Positions 23,801 to 38,000 of a stretch of 64,000 nt of DNA are shown piece after piece. Numbering within the stretch: the first letter of the stretch is position 1; every line of letters begins with the position of its first letter. The stretch covers positions 37,503,058 to 37,567,057 of the forward strand of contig NC_068995.1 of the NCBI RefSeq assembly GCF_001194135.2, written 5' to 3'. The stretch is from Octopus bimaculoides (Eukaryota). Position numbers and translations under genes: made by a program. The notes under the pieces were generated by a model, which saw only the letters and a program-made list of their open reading frames with translations, did not search any database and was not told the origin of the DNA.

Positions 23801-25199
23801 AAGCCAAAGAAGTTTTTATTGCTTAAATATTCTTTGCAATATTCACTTTGGAGATAAAACAGATGTTACAAGAAACTTATAGATGTCAACATGAGATATA
23901 TACTATGGAAGAGTACATTGTGGTTATCCTAATGTGAAAGTGTTTGAGTACAAAAAGTTTGAGGCTAATTATGATGTCCGATTCCACTGGAAGCTGTATA
24001 TATTGTGGGCTAAACAGCTTTCTTTCATTTTATTGGCCTCAAGACAATTTTGAAAAGGTTCACTGTGTTAAGATACACTATCGATCAATTTTCGTTATTT
24101 AGAAGAAATAATCAACAGTTTTAACGTCTCATGAATCTTTAATGCCCTAACCAAAAGTAACAACTCCATACACTCACCAAATATCTCCACAACTTAACAC
24201 CGTCTAAGTTAACCCTCTTCACCTACAAAAACCGTCCAATGGACAGGGGGACATTTGATAGTATATATTGGGTTGGTAACTAATCTTTTATGTTATAATA
24301 GAGGTATTGGTTTAATTGATATTTGGAAAATGAAAGGCAAAGTGAACAAGAGTGTAATCTGAAATCTGAATCCAAATGGATGGAACTGAATACGTGAATG
24401 TATTTTATTTAATACATGCACTCACCATTATCTGAAATCATAATTATAGCAATATATCGATAACGTTTAATCGATTAATTGACCTTGGTAAAGAAATCAA
24501 ACTGGAACGAACACTAGTAGTAATCATAAAATATTTGATTGCTTTGGGCGGTGGATAATACACACATCTTTGTATTTATAATTTTCCGTAAATTTCTATA
24601 CATTGACAGTATAGGTTGCTTGAATGAAGTATAGCATATATGGTTTGTATAGTATCTTTTCCCTTAATTATTTCATAATTTCGTCTGCTTTTAAAGGGTT
24701 TGAAGAAAAAGTAACTGATGAATACTTAAGTATGTTTTATATGTGCGGCAACTATAACAGATCATCATAGGTCACTTACCTTCGCGGTGCGCTTCTACAC
24801 GGTCACTTTAAAACATACTAAAATAGGACCCAAGTCACTCTTAGATAATCTCATGCCGTCTTCAAACGAATAAAAAGTATGATAATATGGTCCTTATTAT
24901 AACTGAGTGGTTCTGCTTGAATGATTTTTATTATATCACTGCTAAAATAGAGGTGAACGGGAATTTAAAAGGTGTAATGAGACGTGGATACATTTAAACC
25001 GGATTTGTATGCTGGCTTTAGTTGAATGTTGTTGATATATTGAGTAACATTATTCACGTATAACGCAAATTCATTCTCAAGAAGAATAGGTTGTCATATC
25101 TCCAAAGGTGTACACAGAAAGAGCACCAAACTGGATAACTGTATCCCCAACAATTCTAAGGTTAAAATAAACAGTGAAAACTCATTAACATAGAGATGA

Positions 25200-25368
25200 A
25201 AGGCTTAGAGGCATTTCGTCAGTCTTTACGTTCTGAGTTCAAATTCTACCGAGGTCGACTTTGCATTTCATCTTTTTGGCGTCGATAAGATAAATACAAG
25301 TTGAGTGCTGGAATCGATTTAATATCCCCTCCCGAAATAACTGGCCTTCTGCCAAATTTGAAATTAGT
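25200..25368 (+). mobile_element. 5'-truncated SINE family A
   Basis: ttctgagttcaaattctaccgaggtcgactttgcatttcatc...ggccttctgccaaatttgaaa. Confidence 0.8.
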
Positions 25369-25711
25369 ATAGAAAAGAAATGTGTGAGAGACATAACGAA
25401 CACTTTCATAGATTAAAACTGATATGTGTTCGACTGCACTCGAAACACTGTCGTAAAAGATGCGAGACAGATAGAGTCTAAAGTCAGACAACAGAAACAT
25501 ACTCGTTCTAGATGAGTTGAAATAATTTGTTGCGATCAAGGGCATTACATCCCATCCATTGGCAGCTTCAAGAGGAAATTGCAGCTAATGTGAGGCGAAT
25601 GAAAAGTCCCTTAAAATTTAAGGTGAATCTAGATGGCACAGATACACATCAGACTGAAATGCAAGTCAACAAAGGTAATGATTATTTATAAATGGTTCTT
25701 ATAAGTTTTAC

Positions 25712-25970
25712 ATATTGGAAATTATGTGTAAATACAATATAACAGTTATCACAGAGTGCTTTGTCGGATTTGAACTCAACGATTGGGAGATATGAAACCT
25801 TGTATAAGAAGCATGCTTCTTTGCTCTTGATGTCATACTTCCGTATATTCTCGTGAATTAAGGCGGGATTATCACAATATATAAAACTTTCTTTAAAGTA
25901 ACATGTCTCTGGACTTTTTGAAGGCAAAATGTTTTGTTCTGATGTATATGTACTCCGGAAAAGATTCAAC
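25712..25970 (-). CDS. Candidate coding exon (phase 2->0), 86 aa LNLFRSTYTSEQNILPSK...ALCDNCYIVFTHNFQY
   Basis: Acceptor tattattccttccag|G, 259-nt open frame in AT-rich DNA, donor TAT|gtaaaa. Confidence 0.55.
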
Positions 25971-26468
25971 CTGGAAGGAATAATATGTTGTGGATTCGGA
26001 TGTTACTTGGGTCTTTGCGAGAATGATCCTACAACGCTATCAAATGAAAATCGTGCATTAAAAATAATTCGTGTTTTAAATAGACATAAATCAATACATA
26101 CAAATATCTGTTGATAACTAAAATCTCACAGTCACGGATCTGTTATCGGCTGTCTTGTTTTAATGTCGTCTGGTATTACAAAGTATTATAGAATACAAAT
26201 GATAAATAATACTAGAGAGATATAATTGTATGAGTTTATGTGTGTATGTATGTATGCATGCATGTATTTATGTGGAAATATGTATGTGTTAGTGTTTTAC
26301 TTTTATATCATATACTATTTATGGCAAAGTAATTTTAAGTACCGTAATTCTGACAAAATTGCTTTCTTCTTGTTTAATATATATTGTTGCTTGGCCACCA
26401 AGCCTGTTTCTTTTTATTATAGTAAATCCTTATTATCAACGCCTGTTTCATTTGTTGATTTTTTTTAC

Positions 26469-26535
26469 CATTTCTTACAATTTTCCTCCCGTTCTTTCTC
26501 ATTATTAAACACAGTAGAAAACTCAGCAGCAGTCT
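26469..26535 (-). CDS. Candidate coding exon (phase 1->2) TAAEFSTVFNNEKEREENCKK
   Basis: Acceptor tttttaaattcag|, donor TG|gtaaaa; the phase joins exon 25970 (TG|G = Trp). Confidence 0.4.
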
Positions 26536-26919
26536 CTGAATTTAAAAATTGTCAGTTAATATAAGTATACGATGAAGTCAATATTGATTTCCTCCATATT
26601 ACCCTGTCTCTTTTCTTTCTTACGTCTTCTGTCTTGCCTCCCTTCTCTCCATTTCTGTTGCTGTTTCACCATATCTAGAGTGGATAATTTAAGTCAGAGG
26701 AAGCGATGATGAAATGATTGATCTGGCACATAGTCAGTAATGCCCATAGAGATGTATATAGCGTTTGGTAATTTTTTATATACAGCAGAGCCTGACATCA
26801 TTCGTAACATCTTATCACATGGGTTAATGATAGAGTTCCCAATTAGTTGTGTCTTGGTAAAAATAGAATTCATTATTACATTACATGTCCCGTAGTAATA
26901 CAACTGAAGACCTTGCAAC

Positions 26920-27380
26920 CAGATCCCTTAGCCGTCTCTGTCTTCTGCCTCTATGTCTACCACCTTTGTCTGTTCCTGAAGGACTGTTTTGGCCATCCCT
27001 GATGAGCCGGTGACATAACCAAAGCACCTGAGCTTGCGTTTCTTTACTGTGGTAAGAATATTCTCCTGGGGCCGTATTGCCTACCTTATTCATCTTTCCT
27101 TTTCCTCACGTGTGACATGATCTCTATGATATTCCCAATATGCTTCTGAAACACTTCATCTCTGTAGCCTGGATTTTTCTTTTGATTTCTGTTATCAGTG
27201 TCCATGTCTCACAGGCTCCCAGGAATATTGAGATTACTTGCAATCTCATTAGCATTCATATCATTCTTAAATCACGCCCCTCTAACTTAGAAATGAATGT
27301 CACATTAGACAATGATGTCTTGATGCACTGTATCTGGACAAAAAACCAGGATAGTCAAGGGATAAACGGATTTGGTCATA
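26920..27380 (-). mobile_element. RTE (BovB-like) LINE C-terminal fragment
   Basis: SLVISIFLGACETWTL...KIQATEMKCFR.ILGISY.DHVT and LTTVKKRKLR.FG.VT.SSGMAKTVLQ motifs across frameshifts. Confidence 0.8.
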
Positions 27381-29710
27381 TGCCTGTCTTGTAAGGACCA
27401 TTCTGAGTTAAGCAATAGCAAAAACAAGAACAAGTAGAACAACAACACCAACAACAATAACTGATTTTACGATCAATACTGCTACTGCTGGTGACAGTAA
27501 CAAACTTTAGAATTAAATTATAGAGTAGGTATTAGTATTTCAATCTAAAACTAAGAATATTGATTGTTTTTCAGCATAGTGCTAATTATGTATTTTGGCA
27601 TGAGAGAGATATATATTCGGCTCCATTGACTTAAGCACTTGCCTTCTATTTATTTTACTGACTGCAATTCCACTGAATGTTTTCTCAAAAACGCTGCTGA
27701 TTTTTCTTTCATTCACAATGGTGATGTTATGGTTTATAGAATAGAAACACAACTGGGCAACGCTGTTAGTAGGAGGGGTTAAGAAGGTAAAGGAGAAAGA
27801 GGGAATACTGTAACTGAATAAGTTAAGAGAAGTTAAAAACAATGAAGAACTAGACAAGAAATACGAAAAATGTTTGTAGAATTTTTTTTCAAAAAATCTC
27901 AAAAACCGATTAAAGAAACAATTGCTTTTAAAAAAATGATTTAAAGCTTAATAAACTTCATAAACTTTAAAAAAAAGCCTCGAAGTAAAAGTTTCTAGAA
28001 CATCCCACAAATCTCAACAATCTTCAAAGTATCTCGAAAAATTCGAAGGCTTCAGAGTCAAGAAATTTGAAAATCATAAAGATTACGGTTTATGTTGTGG
28101 CTCTAGAAACTGCTTCGGACAAAACAAGGGAAAACTTCACTGCTTTTCTCGCTGCAAATTTGAGATGATATTTGGGATATAAGTGACCACATTTATCATA
28201 CTCAACAATTAATTTCAGGATGTCGTTTACAGTTTGTCCGGTGAAACCACAATAAGGTTACAGAGATTCTATATCTAGCTTGTAGCTGATTTTGACGTTG
28301 TTCATATTAAATAACTTGTGTGACTGAGAAATGGTAATTGCTAAGTACTTATAATGTCTAGTTGAATTAGTTTCTATATTCTTGGAAACAAAGGTTTAAA
28401 CTTGAAAGTTTACATTTTTAGAGTATCTGACGTAAATTGTTATATTTCTGGGATTTGAGATGTTAATATATGTTTGCTTCACGTTCCTCTTTGTAGATAG
28501 TTGTAGCTATTCTCTAGGCCTACTACAATATTTAGGAAATTAAATGCCAAAGAGATTTGCATTTGTAACTTTTGGAATAAACTCCTTAAATGCTATTATT
28601 AATTATGTCCTGTAATCATTTCAATTGTGCATAATTTTATGCGAGAAATGATAACGTCTATACTAATTAATGTCGCCTTTTGAATTTAGTTAATGCCATA
28701 TTTATGAGACATTAACATACTGTACCATATATGTGAGTTCTACCATCTCATTATGGCAGAATACGTTGTTTCATTTTCAGCTTTATATAATTTGATATAA
28801 TTTACTACAATTCACATCGAATGTGCACCAAATTTTCTCTACAGCAATTTGATTCATATACATGTAGTCCGTTCACAAACGAAGGTAATTAATCATGATA
28901 GCTAAACCGTTACAAGTGACATTTCTTTTATAAACTAGAGGATGAGTAATAGTAAAAGCTGTTTATTTCTCATGGCACCAGCAGACAAAATTGAAAAAAT
29001 TGTTGCCCCGGAGGATAGATATATCATAAAAGTGGCTATGCAGAGACTCATCAAAATCTGAAGGTGCGATAGTCGGCGCAAAAGCGACGGTAACATCAGT
29101 TATATGCCATAACAAGAATATATAAAAATGTAACCATCCTGATTTTGTTATATTTTCTAAGTTATGGTTTATAGACAATTAAGTGATAATATACACACAG
29201 ACACAGAAACGGACACGCACATATGCAAAAACACACACATTCACGCACACATTCACGCACACGCACCCACACAGGCACATACATGCCCCTCACACGCCCC
29301 CAACATATATATATATATATATATNNNNNNNNNNNNNNNNNNNNNNNNNNNNNNNNNNNNNNNNNNNNNNNNNNNNNNNNNNNNNNNNNNNNNNNNNNNN
29401 NNNNNNNNNNNNNNNNNNNNNNNNNNNNNNNNNNNNNNNNNNNNNNNNNNNNNNNNNNNNNNNNNNNNNNNNNNNNNNNNNNNNNNNNNNNNNNNNNNNN
29501 NNNNNNNNNNNNNNNNNNNNNNNNNNNNNNNNNNNNNNNNNNNNNNNNNNNNNNNNNNNNNNNNNNNNNNNNNNNNNNNNNNNNNNNNNNNNNNNNNNNN
29601 NNNNNNNNNNNNNNNNNNNNNNNNNNNNNNNNNNNNNNNNNNNNNNNNNNNNNNNNNNNNNNNNNNNNNNNNNNNNNNNNNNNNNNNNNNNNNNNNNNNN
29701 NNNNNNNNNN

Positions 29711-29745
<35 letters not shown>

Positions 29746-31052
29746 ATTCAAAATTGAGGGTGTAATTTCCTTGTACGGAAAAAAATCTGGATATCAACTG
29801 GTGTTATCAAATATGTTGATAGAAAGGTCTGCAATATATATGGATAAGCTGTCCAATATTGTGTAAAGTTAATATAATATAAGAAAATGGAGGAGAAATA
29901 TAATGGACACTTAGTTAATTTTATTTGTACCACGATGAAAAAAAGTAATACATATGATTTGAGATTTAGAGGAACAGAATCAACAAAAGAAATAAACATA
30001 AAAGAATCCTAGACATGTTTCACTCCGGCCACCGGCCACTATGTTCACCATTCAAGCGATGTTAGATGTAAAATAACCCCACATTATGGCGGGATATCAT
30101 TAGGATGTATGTTTACTTTTCTGTGGTGAGCATCGAAATAAGTAAGATGATGACCTTATTTTCAAATATTCAATTAAAGTAAACAATAATTTATTAGGGC
30201 ACTGGGGTCTTGTAGGGAGATATTACCTAATGAAAATCTTGCTAAAACGCTATTAAAGACTGGCTATTATATAAAAAACAATCAGGGGAAACAAGCAATT
30301 TTCTTTCAAAAACTTTAGTAATACTCTTCCACCCGGGTTCCAAAACTGCAACTCCAAGTCACCATACAAACACCAGTTGCTGACGTCACCTAACTCCAGA
30401 CCATTCAGCAAATACAACGAAATGACCCTTTATGAGAACCATCTAACCAGAACCACTGATGACTGTTTCCACAGGGAAGCAAAACAAGCAGAACGACAAG
30501 CTTGACCACCAGAGAAGCGTCACTAGTATTTTGACGAATCAAAAATCAAATCCGCTCATGGAAAAAATTATAAATGCATCTGATCCCCAAACATACCACT
30601 ACAAGCGAAAGCGTCTACGGAAAGAGAATCAGAGAAACTGTAAAACAAATTCACTTTCATTTACTATTTTCATTTCCCCCTTGTTTTTTCCCCCTCTTAA
30701 CTCAGTATGACTTGTCGATCACCACTAACATCAATGAATTGTGTACATTCGAACAAATTGGTGTACAGTTTTAACATTATTGACTGCTATGAACATTCAT
30801 ACTTGCACCTGTCCTCCTAATTCATAATGCTAAATTTATCTGTTTTGAACATATTAATTTGTCAAAATTGAAACATTTTCATTTGTCAACATTGCAACTT
30901 TTAAAGATGTTTTTCTAATTCATAACTTTTAACTTTTACCATTGATAAGCAAAAAATATTGTTGAAACTAGTCTGGTTTATATGTAAATAAATGTATTTT
31001 AGACATTAATGAGTTTTTGAAATTTAGGTGCATTTTCAACAACACATTTCCC

Positions 31053-31056
<4 letters not shown>

Positions 31057-31108
<52 letters not shown>

Positions 31109-31112
31109 TGTG
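31057..31112. repeat. (GT)n microsatellite
   Basis: Direct reading. Confidence 0.95.
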
Positions 31113-31588
31113 TAACGTAACAATTTCAGAGAAATACCAATTGGTTTAATATCTACGGTGAACTAGACATACCATCAGTTTCTCTAAGCAAGAGCTGTTC
31201 TCTGCAAACGATGTTTTTAAAAACACATGAAGGCCGGTGATGGTTGAAGAAATATTTCTGTTAGAAATTATGGCCAATAGCTGCCACGCACACTCGCACC
31301 CCCACCCCGCATACACAGCTGATTGTAGTTAAAAGAAGGATTCGCAATAAATGGTTGTAAAATGGTAAAATGTTCAACCTGTGTAGTGAATTGGCAATAA
31401 AATATTAACTACAAAATATTCTTATAGCAAAGTGGTACGAGCTCTATTCTATGTCCGACAGACGTTTAATGTATAATATAACAGTAGTGCGACTATCTGA
31501 GTGTTGTATGGTCTACGAAGGTGATTGCCTATTTTTATTTTTGTTTTCGTATTATTAAAATTGTTGTATTGTTATTATATAAATATCT

Positions 31589-31980
31589 TAAGGCGGTGAG
31601 TTGTCAGAAACGTTCTGAGTTCGAATTCTGCCGATGTCGACTTTGCCTTTCATCCTTTCGGGGTCAATCAATTAAGTACCAGTTGCGTACTGAGGTCGAT
31701 CTAATCGACTGGCCCCTCCCCGAAAATTTCAGGCCTTGTGCTTAGAGTAGAAAAGATTATTTTAAGGCGGCGAGCTAGCAGAATCGTTAGCAAGCCGGGC
31801 GAAATGCTTAGCAGTATTTTGTTCGCCTTTACGTTCTGAGTTCAAATTCCGCCAAGATCAACTTTGCGTTTCATCTTTTCGGGGTCGATAAATTAAGTAC
31901 CAGTAAAACATGGGGTCGATGTAATCGACTAGCATCCTTCCCCAAAGTTTTCAGGGCCTTGTGTCTAGAGTAGAAAGAAT
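31589..31980 (+). mobile_element. Head-to-tail dimer of SINE family A (31589-31761 internally deleted; 31764-31980 full)
   Basis: Two aaggcggYgag heads, each followed by a body and a variant-2 tail. Confidence 0.9.
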
Positions 31981-32149
31981 TACATAAATATCTTTCGTTC
32001 AACAGCCATATTCTGTCACCGTATTCAGTTTTCGGTTAAGAGGTACACTTTGCATATGTTTAGTCGTTTGTCGCGTATAAGCTGCGGTGCGTTGTGTTTA
32101 ATTCTATGTAGGGATCTCTGTTTAACCTTTGGTTTATTTTGCATATTTA

Positions 32150-32650
32150 CTGGTTTTGGCAATTATACACCAATTTATTTTGTTTAGTGTTGTGACGCAA
32201 GCTACCGTCATGGCAAAGGTATTTAACGCTTTGTGCATGACGTCATTAACCAGTTCTGACGTTAATTTTCGGTTTGGATACTTCTTACTTACTCTATGGA
32301 GTAATTAGCTAACCTTAAGCGGATTGCATCTTATGTTGGTTGCTAACAGCCTCTGACTGCAACGGGGACTCATTTTGCTTGTGATTGATTTGTTGGTAAT
32401 AGTATTTGGTTTACTCGTAGTCACAATATTTAATTACCGTTTTATACGGATTATTAATCTACGGCTAGAATTCTGGATGAAATGTCCTTTGTGTTCCTTC
32501 AAATTAATTCCAGTTTACATGTATTAAGCCGTTCAATACAATAAGCTTTATTTTGTAGCTCGGTAATGTAGAACTTTTTGACTTATTTCTACCGCCGTTG
32601 GTAGCATATACAGTACGTTTGCCAATTGGTTTTGATTCTTGTATAGCAGA
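32150..32650 (-). mobile_element. Decayed Penelope-like element, 3' (GIY-YIG) fragment
   Basis: Stop-ridden remnants resembling the C.LC..EK...SELV..C.H end of PLE endonucleases (CNPLK, ELVMTSCTKR). Confidence 0.45.
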
Positions 32651-33371
32651 GAGCTGGTACACATCCTCTCGGCCTCCTCAAACTCAAACCAGGAGGAACA
32701 GCCAGGATTTAACAGCTTGGGTAGGAGAAGACTACTCCTGCACCACTACACTTCACAGCTGAGTAGACTGTAACAAAGAGAAATGATGTGTTTGGCTCAA
32801 GAGCAGAACGTGTTGCTCTGATTCAAAAATACAACGCCTTATCGTCGTGACACAAACACCATCACAAGCCGCAAGTTTTCGCACTCATCTTGTAAATTTT
32901 TGTATTGCTGTCTGATATAAATTTGTGACAAATGCATCTGTCGCTCTCATACACGTTTTTAGTTTTGTAAGCTTTTGCAAATATAATAAAATTCCGAATG
33001 AATCATTAGAATCCTGTTAGCCTAGTCTGATAATCGTTAGTTCTAACATTAAAACTTTTACGATCCAAATTCAAGCTTCATTTCCATACACCTGGGATAT
33101 TTGCAGTCGATATATTATTCAGAAATATTGGCATTGTGCATTTAGGTTATGAATGGTGCTAAACTGTCTTGAAATTATTCTTACTGGTCTCGACGACAGC
33201 AAAGAGGACTCAGTACGGGAGTTAAGATTATAAATTTATGAAGATACCATTATTAGATATAGCATTAATGACATGTAGCACAGAAATACATTCACACACA
33301 CATAAGCACTTATTCACAATCATAAATACACGTATACCAAGCTACCATACCAACATTTCTCTTTCCGACAA

Positions 33372-33413
<42 letters not shown>

Positions 33414-33577
33414 TCTGATGTGAAATTTATTCACAGATATGTGGAGAAACGAAAACCATAGCATCTAAATTCGTCTTTGCGAAAATAAACAAATTTATTA
33501 TATACTATACTATTAATTTCCTTAATAAAGATGTAAACTTGACAATGTTTTGACACTATTGGTAAATTAATGTCAAT

Positions 33578-33957
33578 CTAGCTGACCACGTGCCTCCAAT
33601 AATGACGGCTAATTGTAGTATTTTATATATAAATAAGGTAAAAAATAAGCTACATAATAATCACACATACAAACATTCACATATTTCCCTTTTACACTCA
33701 CACACATACACACATACTCATACAGAATTGAAACGCTGATTTTATTCACCCCTTTCTTCCTTATTCATCTATCACCCCTTCTTTTCTCTCATTGCTATTA
33801 CTTTCTTTCACTCCCTCTCAGTCATGGCTATTATTCTCACTACTTCTCCTTCACTGAATTATTATTTTCTATCCTCCTCCGCGCCCGGAGTAATTCTGGA
33901 CAAATCTCTGTATACACAAATATATAAAATCACAACGCTCATTATTATATTAGAAGA
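33578..33957 (-). mobile_element. Non-autonomous Helitron-like element
   Basis: Minus strand starts TCTTCTAATATAAT and ends ...ggcacgtggtcagCTAG; the internal segment is shared with 1950-2194. Confidence 0.4.
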
Positions 33958-34229
33958 TGACATTGTTTTACTGGGAAGCTGTCTGTCTTCAAAGTGAAGA
34001 AAATCTATGTAAACGTTAATTTGATTTAATCTCTGATCAATCAGAGATAAATACTGATAGCAAACCAGACAAAAAGAGAATTTTGGAGAGATCAAATCCT
34101 TGTGTAGAGCGGGAAAGAGAGGACAGGCGTTTTTGAAATAGCAATTATTCAGCACCAAGGGGAGGGTTATATGTCCGTTAGGTACCGTTCGCTCCGTTGT
34201 GTCTTAGCGTTGTTTTTTTCTTTTCAGAT

Positions 34230-34925
34230 GAAGCATGGTGTTGTGGACGATAGAGCATCCCGTGTTTGCCTACGACAGTTACGTGAAGAATAGCGAGTCT
34301 GTCACAGTAGTTCAGCATGAATTTTGTGACCACTTCAATATTCACCGAAATCACGCTATTCGCAACCGTAAGAAATTCTTAGGTTGGGTGAATGCATTTT
34401 GTACACGAGGTACACTAACGAATGGGAGACCGGTGGGGGGCGCCACGAACGGTTCATACTCCGGAAAATGAATACAATAATGAAAATGCTGTTACTTTGA
34501 ACTCCTGGCGTTACCTCGAGATGATAAACAACTTCTTTGTGACTGAATTACGACGAAAACGAATGCCTATTCGACGTGTGTTTTTTCAGCAGGATGGGGC
34601 GACGGTCAACACACCTAGAGAATCAATGGACGTTCTTCGCCCTCTCTTCGGTGACGGCCTCATTTCCAGATTTGCTGACATTCCTTGGCTCCCTCCCCTC
34701 GATCTCCAGATTTGTCCATGTGTGATCATTTCTTATGGGGAAACATCAAGGCACGTGTGTATGCGCATAAACCCCGTACATTGGACGATGTGAACGAAGC
34801 TATTCGTGTGGAAGTCACCCAAATCGACAGAGCAATGCTAGAGGCCAACTTCCAAGAAAGCTTTCACAAATGCATCAATGAAAACGGACACCACATGAAG
34901 GATGTTCTTTTGCACACTTGATTTT
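34230..34925 (+). mobile_element. Internally deleted Tc1/mariner (DD37D/maT-like) transposase
   Basis: N-terminal HTH W..EH.VFAYDSYVKN.ESVT.VQ.EF..HFNI joined directly to FQQDGA...W.PRSPDL..CD.FLWG. Confidence 0.85.
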
Positions 34926-35039
34926 AACAGATGCTAATTTAATACAAACACATTGGTGTCAATTTTATAGATCGATTGATAAACAAATGATAAGCAAAAC
35001 AAATACACAAATAATGAAGTGGAAGACGGGTTTTGCTTC

Positions 35040-38000
35040 TACCCCGCAAGCGCCGTGCAACCATATTTACAAACTCGCCACAGCCTTCCATCTTTTTCCA
35101 TATACACCAGGTGACAGCCATTTTCGCTCCACCCTTATTTTCCTCTTAACGTGGTAGATGATGTAATGTAGCAGTTCAAGGCTGAAGTTGAATGTGCCTG
35201 TCATGCTTCCTTTCACACGGGTCTTCCATACCACTTCTTTCGCTATAGCAACCACAGCAAGAAAACAAACCTTGCTTTCTTTGTTAAAAGAGGCAGGGGG
35301 ACAATCTTTACAATCGACTCAGAAGACAGTTGTACTCTTCCCAGACGTGACAGCAGATGTTCAACGTAAACCCACATCTCAAAGATTTGGGGGAATTGCA
35401 CAATTGCAAAACGGTTTCCCTGTTCTGCTCGCATCTTGGACACATGGGTGCACAATGGGCACCATGCCTTGCGAGTTTATCAGGAACTGGTAAGGCTTCT
35501 CAGTAACATTGACAGGCCAGAGATCCCTGGAAGTTATCCAAGGGTCCTGGCCCCAATGTCCTTCGGATCAAACTGGCTAGTTGATCCTCGTCGAAGCCTA
35601 GATTCTCCACCAGGACGTCGTCACACTGAGCATCTACCAACCCTCTATAGATAGACGAGGTGAAACCCCCACCGCTGGCGTTGTCCCTGTGACAGAGAAG
35701 CTTCAGAGTTTGATGACACTCCGCTTTCCAAGCACCCAACTTTGGTCTACACTTGATCGAAGGCATAGTTCACTCAAACTAGTAAGCTCAGGAAGTAACG
35801 ACAGAACGAACGGAGACCACCCTGGCAGCAGACGGAGTGCTTTACAAGAGGACTTCTACCTTTCCACAAAGAGCGGAAGAACAGCCGCTCCAAATTGATG
35901 AGCCACGAACGGGAGCAATGCACGACTGTTAGGTGGTAGGTAATCACGGAAGCGATAAACACTCCCACGACTCCGCTCTTCCTTACAAGGACAGCCGTCG
36001 CTCAGACCAGGTCCGAGTTAGGTGGGTTACCCTGCTTGTTACCTTACTCCAATTCTTCTCTATCTGGAAGTCTGGACCAAACTAAACTAAACTCGTGGCG
36101 TTCTAACTTGCCCCTCCGTCCGACGCCCTTCGACGTTGTTGGGAAGTATCGTCTTGCCTCTCCAGGTGTTGAGTTGCAAGCTGACTGATTTACCCCGGTT
36201 AACGTTTACACCTGCGACCGCCTTGTAGTCCTTAATCACTTTGCCTACCCTCTGTAGATGTACCATCTCGGACACGATGGTGGTGAAGTCATCCGCGTAA
36301 GCCGAAACCTTCCTACTGCAACCTAGATCGCGGGAAACGCCCCTCAAGCCCTCCAACTCCCGGAGTAAGGGCTCTACAGCCAACATATACGGAAAGGATG
36401 TTGAAAGGCTTCGAGAAGAACCCGTTCACACGAACGATTGAGTCGATGTTGCTGTATAAAGCAATGATCCACCCGCGGAAGACAGATACCGATGGTCAAC
36501 CCTGTCAAAAGCTTTGGACTGATCTAAATGGACCGGCGCCCCACCATTGCCAGGAAAACTGTTAAACCTTTTTAAGGTGAAACGTAGAAAGTGGAGATTG
36601 TCGTGTATGGATCTGCCAGGAGCGGCACAAGTTTGTGCCTCCCCAATGATCTGTGTTAAGCAGAGGGTTGGGCCTGAAATTATCTATAATATCCCCCTTG
36701 TTTGGGTCCTTTCTAAGCAGCGTCACCACCTCTCAGCTCACAACCACTATATATATCCCATGCGACCTGAAGCTATTTAGGAAAGGACCTTGTTTTGGTT
36801 CTGTCCTCAGGCCGCGTAGTTTTAAACATCCAGCATAAAGTGTATCCATAACATTGTACTCACGGTTGGAAATGGGGGAGCACTACTATCTCATTCCTTT
36901 GATTTTCATCCGGGGCTTGCGGTATGACGTTGATTAGGCCTTCAAACATTAGTGGGGAAAAATTTTCCTGAGTGGGCCTTTGTCATTTTTAAATCGGTTC
37001 GCTAATCTATTATAGATAGCTCTGTCTAGCTTATAAATTGCTATATTTTGGGGGAAGTTTTTCCCTCAAAATTATTTGTGATGCTGTCCGCACTGGGCAC
37101 ATCTTTCAATTGCCGCAGTAGTTACTTGTTAGTCTTCACTACTGCAGTTTAATCCATGTCTAGATGGAAGGGGAACATTTTGGGCTACAATGTTTTGGTG
37201 GTTGTGTGTTCTGTTGTTTGTTATTTTTTATATTTTGTTGTAGAGCTAGTGGGGTTCTTCATCTGTTTTCTTTTTTCTTACATCTTTCGACATGTGGAGG
37301 AATCACTGTTTTTTCGGGGGCAGGTTGGCACTCAGCCCTAATGTGGTCTGTTTGGCCACACTTGTATCAACGAGTCTTCCTCTTCTCTACGATGACTCTC
37401 AGCTTAGTCTCCCCCACCTGTATAGAATCTATGAGATTTTCTAAATCGGCAGGGGCTGCTTGGATAAACATCTCGAGCCCTTTCCCCTGCCAACTTTACA
37501 ATTCCAGCGCTTGGGCTTGGAGGATTGTGATTTTATCCCCAAGCCGTTTATTATGGCTGCCACCAGACAAGTGGGGCCTACGTCGGGTGGGATGTCTCCT
37601 ACTTTCCAAGATAAGTAGGTAGGAGTACCATCTCCGCCGCTTTTAATGATGTCATCGACGCTTGTTTTGCTTTTGCTTCCGTTTTAAACCGGATTTCTAT
37701 TGTGGAATACTTCACTCCTCTTGTGATGTATACCACGTCATTCCAAACTGGATGGAGGCACAACTCCACCGTCTCCTTGCTTGCATCGTTCAATTTTTTT
37801 TGTTTTACAACAAACGACTTGTAGATGACTGTGCACCGTAGTGCATTATGAATGGTTTCACTGAGAGGAGTAATCACAGTTTCGCTCCCCTCCCTTTTCA
37901 TCATTCCTTTATACATCCCTAATTCATCACTTGCGCAGTTAATTAACTTTTTTGAAATAGTGGTTACTGCCGCAAAATTGCTTCCTTTTATCCCTGCATA

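Noticed and set aside
26998-27030. CTGATGA hammerhead-like core
   Set aside because: No downstream GAAA/stem III; it is the reverse complement of RTE coding sequence (SSGMA).
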